Made by a program: the position numbers and the translations under genes | Notes under the pieces: generated by a model | What the model saw: only the letters and a program-made list of their open reading frames with translations | What the model was told of the DNA's origin: nothing | The model's database searches: none | Assembly (NCBI GenBank): GCA_963662465.1 | Contig: OY759599.1 | Location: 2,560,001 to 2,624,000, forward strand | DNA from: Desulfatiglandales bacterium | Lineage (GTDB): Bacteria; Desulfobacterota; DSM-4660; Desulfatiglandales; Desulfatiglandaceae | DNA length: 64,000 bases | Direction of reading: 5' to 3' | Shown: one piece after another, positions 58,134 through 64,000 of the stretch | How the letters are laid out: each line of letters opens with the position of its first letter | Numbering within the stretch: the first letter of the stretch is position 1

Positions 58134-59304
58134 AAGAGTTCCCTTCTTTAAACAGTTGAGTGAGATATTCCAGATGCGCCATCGTATGATTGGCGGAAAG
58201 GGCCAGACGAATTCTTGACTGACCTTCGGGCACGGTGGGCGGACGAATTGCCGTGGCCAACACCCCCTTGCTTTTCAGATGGCTTGAAAGGGCCAAAACC
58301 GCCATCTCATCACCCACCATCACCGGAATAATCTGCGTATTGGAGGCCCCGGTTCGCCATCCCAGATGTTGCAGCTGCAACCTCAAAAAATCCGCTTTCG
58401 CATGGAGTTCTTTTCGTTCTTCATCCATGCCGGGAATAAGCTCGAGGGCGGCATCGATGGAACCGATCACCGACGGCGGCATGGCCGTTGAGTAGATAAA
58501 CCCCGCACAGCAGTTCACCAGGTAATCCCTAAGCTTCCGAGAACATGCCGCATAGGCCCCAAAGGAACCGCATGCCTTTCCGAAGGTGCCAATGATTAAA
58601 TCCACGCCCTTGCCGCAGCAAAGCCCCATGCCCCGTGGCCCCAGAACGCCGGTGGCATGGGCCTCATCCACCACCAGCAACGCATCATAGGCGCGGGAAA
58701 GTTCAACCAGGGCCGCGATATCGCTCTGATCGCCATCCATGCTGAAGACGGACTCGGTGACAATCAGACGTCGTGCCCTCGTGGAATTAAAACAGGGGCC
58801 CTTGTCCATATTTTCCTTGAGGAGTTCTTCCAGGTGCGCCGGATCATTGTGCCTGAAGCGAAGCACATGGCAGCGGGAGAGCAATGTTCCTTGAATAATG
58901 CTGCTGTGATTCAATTCATCCGAAAAAATCAAAGTCTGCCGATCCGCCAAAGCCGGCAGGATGGACACATTTGCCTGAAATCCCGAATTAAGAATCAACG
59001 CGGTTTCGGTCCCTTTCAGGGCCGCCAGTTTTTCCTCCACCACCTGAAAGCAGTCATAGGTGCCGCAAATCAAGCGCGATGCCGTAGCGCCCGCCCCATA
59101 ACGTTCTGTAAATTCAACGGCTCTTTTGATGACCAGGGGATGTTTTGAAAGACCCAGGTAATCATTGGAACAGAAGTTCACAATCTTTCGACCCTCGATG
59201 CGAACATCCACCCCCTCAAGGGGCATCACGGACTGCAACTGCCTGAGGTGTGATTGCCGCTGGCGCCGGTACAGCTCCTCCTCTATGAATTGATATTTAG
59301 TCAT
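58120..59304 (-). CDS. bioF: 8-amino-7-oxononanoate synthase
   Basis: SNDYLGL, SVFSMDGD, DEAHATG, GTFGKA, AIRPPTVP. Confidence 0.95.
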   Translation of the reverse strand: MTKYQFIEEELYRRQRQSHLRQLQSVMPLEGVDVRIEGRKIVNFCSNDYLGLSKHPLVIKRAVEFTERYGAGATASRLICGTYDCFQVVEEKLAALKGTETALILNSGFQANVSILPALADRQTLIFSDELNHSSIIQGTLLSRCHVLRFRHNDPAHLEELLKENMDKGPCFNSTRARRLIVTESVFSMDGDQSDIAALVELSRAYDALLVVDEAHATGVLGPRGMGLCCGKGVDLIIGTFGKACGSFGAYAACSRKLRDYLVNCCAGFIYSTAMPPSVIGSIDAALELIPGMDEERKELHAKADFLRLQLQHLGWRTGASNTQIIPVMVGDEMAVLALSSHLKSKGVLATAIRPPTVPEGQSRIRLALSANHTMAHLEYLTQLFKEGNSYGNP

Positions 59305-59312
59305 GTGAACAC

Positions 59313-60611
59313 TCACTCCGGATCTTCCAATTGAATCACTTCCACCATGGCCCGGATAATCCGTGCCAGCCGATTTTTATCAATGATATAGGGCGGCATG
59401 GTATATACCAGTTTTCCAAAGGGCCTGATCCAGACCCCTTTTTCGACGAATCGACTTTGAATTTCCGCCATATCCACAACATGATTCAATTCAACCACGC
59501 CGATGGCGCCCAAAACACGCACATCGGCAACCCACGGCAACGCTTTAAGGGGCATCAGACCCGCTTTAAGCTGGGCCTCGATCCGACTCACCCGCTCTTT
59601 CCAGGGGAAGGTCAGAAGTAATTTAATGCTCGCCGCAGCCACGGCGCAGGCAAGGGGATTGGCCATAAAGGTGGGACCATGCATGAACACGCCGGGCTCG
59701 CCTGAAGAGATGCCGTCGCTGATATCCCGGGTGGTCAGAGTGGCCGCCAAGGTCATATATCCCCCGGTCAGCGCTTTTCCCACACACATGATATCCGGCG
59801 AAATACCCGCTTTTTCACAGGCAAACATGGAACCGGTGCGTCCGAAACCGGTTGCGATTTCATCCAGGATAAGGCGCACGTCAAACTCACGGGAAAGCGC
59901 CCAAACCCGACGCAGATAATGGGGGGAGTAAAATCGCATGCCCCCGGCCCCTTGAACGACGGGCTCCATAATAATGGCCGCGATTTCGCCATGGTGGCGT
60001 TCAAGAAGGGTTTTGAGGCTGATAATATCCCTTTCATCCCATGGGTCGTCATACCCGCACATGGGTGCATCCGCAAAATAATGTTTCACGAGAATGCCGC
60101 TGAAAATTTCGTGCATGCCGGTCACCGGATCGCACACGGCCATGGCGCCGAAGGTATCGCCGTGGTATCCCGATCGCACGGTCAAAAGCCGGTTTTTCTC
60201 GGGGCAACCCCGGGCCTGCCAGTATTGAAGCGCCATTTTGATCGCCACTTCAACGGAAACGGAACCGGAATCGCTGAAGAATACCTGCTGAAGCGGTTCA
60301 GGGGTCAGGTCCACCAAGAGGCGGGCCAGCTCAACGGCGGGCCCGTGGGTCACCCCCCCAAACATGACATGGGCCATTTTTTCCAATTGAACACGCGCCG
60401 CCTCGTTGAGTGCCGGATGACAATACCCATGGATGGCGGCCCACCACGAACTCATGCCGTCAATGAGACGCCTGCCGTCTTCCAGAACAAGATGCACGCC
60501 TTGGGCTTCGGCAACCGGATACACGGGAAGCGGGTCCCTCATGGAGGTGTAGGGGTGCCAGATATGCGCCCGATCAAATGCGGACAAGTCGTTATTTTCG
60601 GAGTTTTCCAT
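59313..60611 (-). CDS. bioA: DAPA aminotransferase
   Basis: [48 protein letters not shown]. Likely start MENSEN at 60611. Confidence 0.96.
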   Translation of the reverse strand: MENSENNDLSAFDRAHIWHPYTSMRDPLPVYPVAEAQGVHLVLEDGRRLIDGMSSWWAAIHGYCHPALNEAARVQLEKMAHVMFGGVTHGPAVELARLLVDLTPEPLQQVFFSDSGSVSVEVAIKMALQYWQARGCPEKNRLLTVRSGYHGDTFGAMAVCDPVTGMHEIFSGILVKHYFADAPMCGYDDPWDERDIISLKTLLERHHGEIAAIIMEPVVQGAGGMRFYSPHYLRRVWALSREFDVRLILDEIATGFGRTGSMFACEKAGISPDIMCVGKALTGGYMTLAATLTTRDISDGISSGEPGVFMHGPTFMANPLACAVAAASIKLLLTFPWKERVSRIEAQLKAGLMPLKALPWVADVRVLGAIGVVELNHVVDMAEIQSRFVEKGVWIRPFGKLVYTMPPYIIDKNRLARIIRAMVEVIQLEDPE

Positions 60612-60832
60612 AAAATTTATATTACTTAAAGATTCCAGAATGAAAAATATTCCTTGATGGAAAAAGCACTCGTAACATGTCAAAGGGCCATTGTCAAACT
60701 TGAGAAAAAATATTGCGGATCGAAGCTGAAAGCCATTATAATGCGACACAGGCGCCGGCGGAACAGACCGCTTGGTCGTTCAATAAGGTTTTCTATCGGC
60801 GTAAAAGAGAACCAACAGAAAGGTTTTAACCT

Positions 60833-61918
60833 ATGGAACTACTGAACGCTTGCCATAATTCTCAACTTTTTCTACAAAATCTCATGTGCTGTTTTCAGGG
60901 AGTCATCCTCGTCACGGATGCGGGTGGAAACATCCTTATGACCAATGAAGCCGTTGAATCAGTCCTTGGCTATGCACCCCACGAACTCAACAACAAAAAC
61001 CTTTCGTTGATCTTTGCCCCTGAAGATCTGACCTATTTGTATCCCAATTTACTGCAACTGGGTCGAAAAAACCAACCATTTCAGGGCGAAATCCTTCTGG
61101 TGAAAAAAAACGGGGTCAGTTTTTTCACTTTCATCGTTTTTCGATCTTTTAATGACCACAGCCTGAATAAATCCTTTAATTTTATTTGCATCAGGGACAT
61201 TGATGCTCAAAAACAGCTTGAAAAAGCCTCCGCCGAAGCCAATCACGAAGATCTGGTAAAAGTGGCCAACGGGGTAGCCCATGAACTCAGGAATCCGCTG
61301 ATGGCCATCGGCGGATTTGTTAACAGACTGTATAATAAATGCAACGCCATCCATGAACACGGCGACTATTATGATCATATCATCACCAATCTTAAAAAAA
61401 TTGAAAACATCGTCAGAAAAGTTGAATTTCTGGCAAAATTGCCCAAGCCCTCTTTCACAATGGAAAACACGCAAAGCTTGATCCAAAAAGCCATTCAACC
61501 GTATCTTCCAATTCTTGAAAAGCGAAAAATTAATCTGAAGACTCCCGTGGACCCGACTCTTTTGAAAATGGACGGGAAACTCGTCATCAGGGTCCTCTCT
61601 ATTTTCATGGATAACGCTCTGGATGCGCTGCCTGATGACGGCAATATTGTCATTCATGGCGCAACAAATAACAACCATTGTGAAATTGAATTCTCAGACA
61701 CCGGTCGAGGCATCTCAGCCGAAGATCTTCCCTTTATTTTCAACCCATTTTTCAGCACCAAAGCAGACGGCGCGGGAATAGACCTTGCGATTGTCAAACG
61801 GATTATGGAAAGTCACGGAGGCAGTGTTAAAGTCCGTTCGGAAGAGGGTCATGGGGCCAGCTTCATCTTGCGGTTTCCCCTGGAACGACGCCGGGCCATA
61901 CGAATTTCCCGAATTTAA
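60833..61918 (+). CDS. Cytoplasmic PAS-domain sensor histidine kinase
   Basis: PAS domain, AHELRNPL H-box, DNALDA, DTGRGI, FNPFFSTK. Confidence 0.9.
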   Translation: MELLNACHNSQLFLQNLMCCFQGVILVTDAGGNILMTNEAVESVLGYAPHELNNKNLSLIFAPEDLTYLYPNLLQLGRKNQPFQGEILLVKKNGVSFFTFIVFRSFNDHSLNKSFNFICIRDIDAQKQLEKASAEANHEDLVKVANGVAHELRNPLMAIGGFVNRLYNKCNAIHEHGDYYDHIITNLKKIENIVRKVEFLAKLPKPSFTMENTQSLIQKAIQPYLPILEKRKINLKTPVDPTLLKMDGKLVIRVLSIFMDNALDALPDDGNIVIHGATNNNHCEIEFSDTGRGISAEDLPFIFNPFFSTKADGAGIDLAIVKRIMESHGGSVKVRSEEGHGASFILRFPLERRRAIRISRI

Positions 61919-62871
61919 AAATAAAGCGTCTCACCGTGGACAATATCAAGCAGCCTGTTTTCCATGCTTTCTTTTTTCAATTCACGCTTCAGATCTCCGA
62001 GCGGCGCATGAACCGGTTCGTCCCCCAAACGGAAGGTTCCCCAATGAACGATAAATATCTTTTCCGCGTGCAAATCTTTCATGGCCCGCACCGCTTCAGC
62101 CGGGTTCATATGGCTTTGTTTCATGAACCAGCGCGGTTCATAGGCCCCCAGACTTAAAATGGTTAGGTCGATTCCGTATTCCTCGCCGATCTCCTTGAAC
62201 CCTTCAAAATAGGCGGTATCCCCGCTGATGAAGATAGTTGGACCTGCCGCCGTGCGAATGAGATAGCTTCCCCAAAGATTTCGGTTGGGCCCGATGACGG
62301 GATTGCGCATGGTCCAGTGGTTGCAGGGCAGCAGGGTGATCAGGCGTTCTCCATCGTCAAAGGCATCAAACCAGTCCAGTTGGGTGCGGTTTTTCATCCC
62401 CATGGATGCAAACACCGCATCATAGCCCAGAGGGGTAATCACATGGGTATTCGGATGGAAAACAGCCATCGAGTCCTTGTCCAGATGGTCATAATGTCCA
62501 TGGGTGATCAACACATGGTCCGGTTTCGGCATGGTGTCGATATCAAAACCGATGGGCGTGAAATTCCGAAAGATTGGAAAGAGGCCGAAAAAGACGGGAT
62601 CAATAATTAAGGAGACGCCCTGATCCCGTATCAATACGCAGGCATGGTTGATAAAGGTTACGGAAAGCCCCTCATGACCAAGAATGGGCGCCCAATCGAT
62701 GTTGACAGGCGTAACGGATTCTTCATGGTACTGCTCCTTGAAAGGGTTTTCCGAAAGGAGTTTCCATCTCAGAAAATCAGAGAATCCTTTTTTCCCGGAA
62801 GCGGCAAAGGGATTTATAAATCGATCGTGCCCGTGATGGCGTTTTTGCCGGGCGATCTCTTTGAGATTCAT
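61915..62871 (-). CDS. Metallo-beta-lactamase-fold hydrolase (NAPE-PLD/RomA-like)
   Basis: THGHYDHLD, GDTAY, GAYEPRWFM...HMNP, HWGTF. Confidence 0.9.
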   Translation of the reverse strand: MNLKEIARQKRHHGHDRFINPFAASGKKGFSDFLRWKLLSENPFKEQYHEESVTPVNIDWAPILGHEGLSVTFINHACVLIRDQGVSLIIDPVFFGLFPIFRNFTPIGFDIDTMPKPDHVLITHGHYDHLDKDSMAVFHPNTHVITPLGYDAVFASMGMKNRTQLDWFDAFDDGERLITLLPCNHWTMRNPVIGPNRNLWGSYLIRTAAGPTIFISGDTAYFEGFKEIGEEYGIDLTILSLGAYEPRWFMKQSHMNPAEAVRAMKDLHAEKIFIVHWGTFRLGDEPVHAPLGDLKRELKKESMENRLLDIVHGETLYF

Positions 62872-62899
62872 CTTTTCAAATACCGGAATCCATGAACCC

Positions 62900-64000
62900 T
62901 CATTCCAAATGGGTCAGCACCGCATCGCCATCGCCGGTCACCAGGGGGTTCTGCTTTCGGTTGACTTCCCTGCCTGCCCAGTAGGGCACTTCGTCCTGCA
63001 GGTAGGCCTTCATCTCCCCCGTTGTGATCTTCTTATCCCCGTTCTTGTCGGCCTTGCCGCCCAACCCTTTCAAAAAAAAGTAGGTAAAGAGGCTGTGGCG
63101 CTTGGCCGGATACCAGGCGCAGACCTGATCCTTGTCCGCTCCGCAAAAGACCGCGCCGTTGGCCATTTTCCGTACGGGCTGTTTACTTTTGAGCATGCCC
63201 GGACTGATTTTTTTAAACAGCGGCCCCGCAGCCGAATACCCTGAAAAACAAGCATCCAGCACCACGGTCACCTCTTTTGCGGGCAGTTTGGTAAGGATAT
63301 CGTAGAACAGGGCCAGGGAGTAGCCGTTGTTAATGATGTAATCCACCGCCGCATCCACCGGCACCAGGTAGTTGGCGCCCCCACCGGGTCCCGGGGCGCC
63401 ATGTCCCACATAATAGATAAAAACCTCGGATCGACCGCTTCGAATAAAACGATGCAGTATCCCCTCGGGATTCTCCTTGCTGCCGAAGATGTTGCGCATA
63501 TCCCCGCTTGAAACATCGGTGCGATAGATAATGTTTGCGGGATCATACCCCATGACCTGCACCAGGTATCGGCGTACCGCCACAGCATCCCGCTCAGCAT
63601 ATTTCACATCCGAAAGCCCTTTCTTTTCCGCTTCATACCGCTGGTTGCCGATGACCACGGCCACCCCGTAAGGTCTTTTAATGGCGCCGCGGGGAATATC
63701 CGTATCCACATCCACATCCACAGTCCCGGAGACCTCATTTTCCTTCAGGTAATCGTTTAAGAGCCTCTTGTAGCAGGTCGTCACCCGCCCGTCATCCGGC
63801 CATCGTTTGGCCGCTTTTTGCGCCACCTCGATGGCATTGGGAAAATCCCCGTTGGCGGCATGGGCATTGGCCAGGGTTTCAAGTATCTCCGGGGAACCGG
63901 GGTCCAGGTCCGCCGCCTTTTGGGCATGGGCAAGGGCGCCCTTTATATTGTCGCCCCGCTTGATCATCACCGATGCCAGGTTGTTGTGCCGGAGGGCTTG
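62900..64000 (-). CDS. TPR plus caspase-like (peptidase C14) protein, 5' end outside window
   Basis: Frame is open to 64000 (…ALRHNNLASV, TPR-like). YYVGHG and LDACFSG catalytic dyad. Confidence 0.85.
   Translation of the reverse strand, partial: QALRHNNLASVMIKRGDNIKGALAHAQKAADLDPGSPEILETLANAHAANGDFPNAIEVAQKAAKRWPDDGRVTTCYKRLLNDYLKENEVSGTVDVDVDTDIPRGAIKRPYGVAVVIGNQRYEAEKKGLSDVKYAERDAVAVRRYLVQVMGYDPANIIYRTDVSSGDMRNIFGSKENPEGILHRFIRSGRSEVFIYYVGHGAPGPGGGANYLVPVDAAVDYIINNGYSLALFYDILTKLPAKEVTVVLDACFSGYSAAGPLFKKISPGMLKSKQPVRKMANGAVFCGADKDQVCAWYPAKRHSLFTYFFLKGLGGKADKNGDKKITTGEMKAYLQDEVPYWAGREVNRKQNPLVTGDGDAVLTHLE

Noticed and set aside
60670..60705. Possible BirA operator upstream of bioA
   Set aside because: TGTCAAA occurs as a direct repeat, not as the spaced inverted repeat expected.

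Overview
Mostly a large minus-strand flagellar and chemotaxis supercluster. Gene content and order suggest a Desulfobacterota/deltaproteobacterial host (inference). In transcription order it runs: bioAFDB; a J-domain/REC protein; a CheX-CheX-FliN fusion; three sigma54 activators; flgBC-fliEFGHIJ; fliK-flgD-flgE1-flgE2; motA-motB'-motB-fliL-fliM-fliN-fliOPQR-flhB; flhA-flhF-flhG-fliA; flgFGAHIJ; flgMN; cheA-cheR-cheD-HDOD-cheY-cheX-cheB; flgK (partial). Seven sigma54 promoters and one sigma28 promoter are readable. Most unusual: (1) a candidate 'giant hook' module, with a ~1967-aa FliK carrying ~18.5 tandem 234-bp repeats next to a 1040-aa second FlgE built from six nested copies of a ~100-aa module; (2) a complete group II intron between fliM and fliN whose putative EBS1 matches an intergenic heptamer-repeat family found elsewhere in the cluster; (3) an inverted ATPase + TOPRIM-like cassette bounded by a perfect 20-bp direct repeat; (4) a second MotB lacking the ion-binding Asp; (5) a FlrC-like activator with Glu at the phospho-acceptor position. 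All calls come from reading motifs by eye; no database searches were run.
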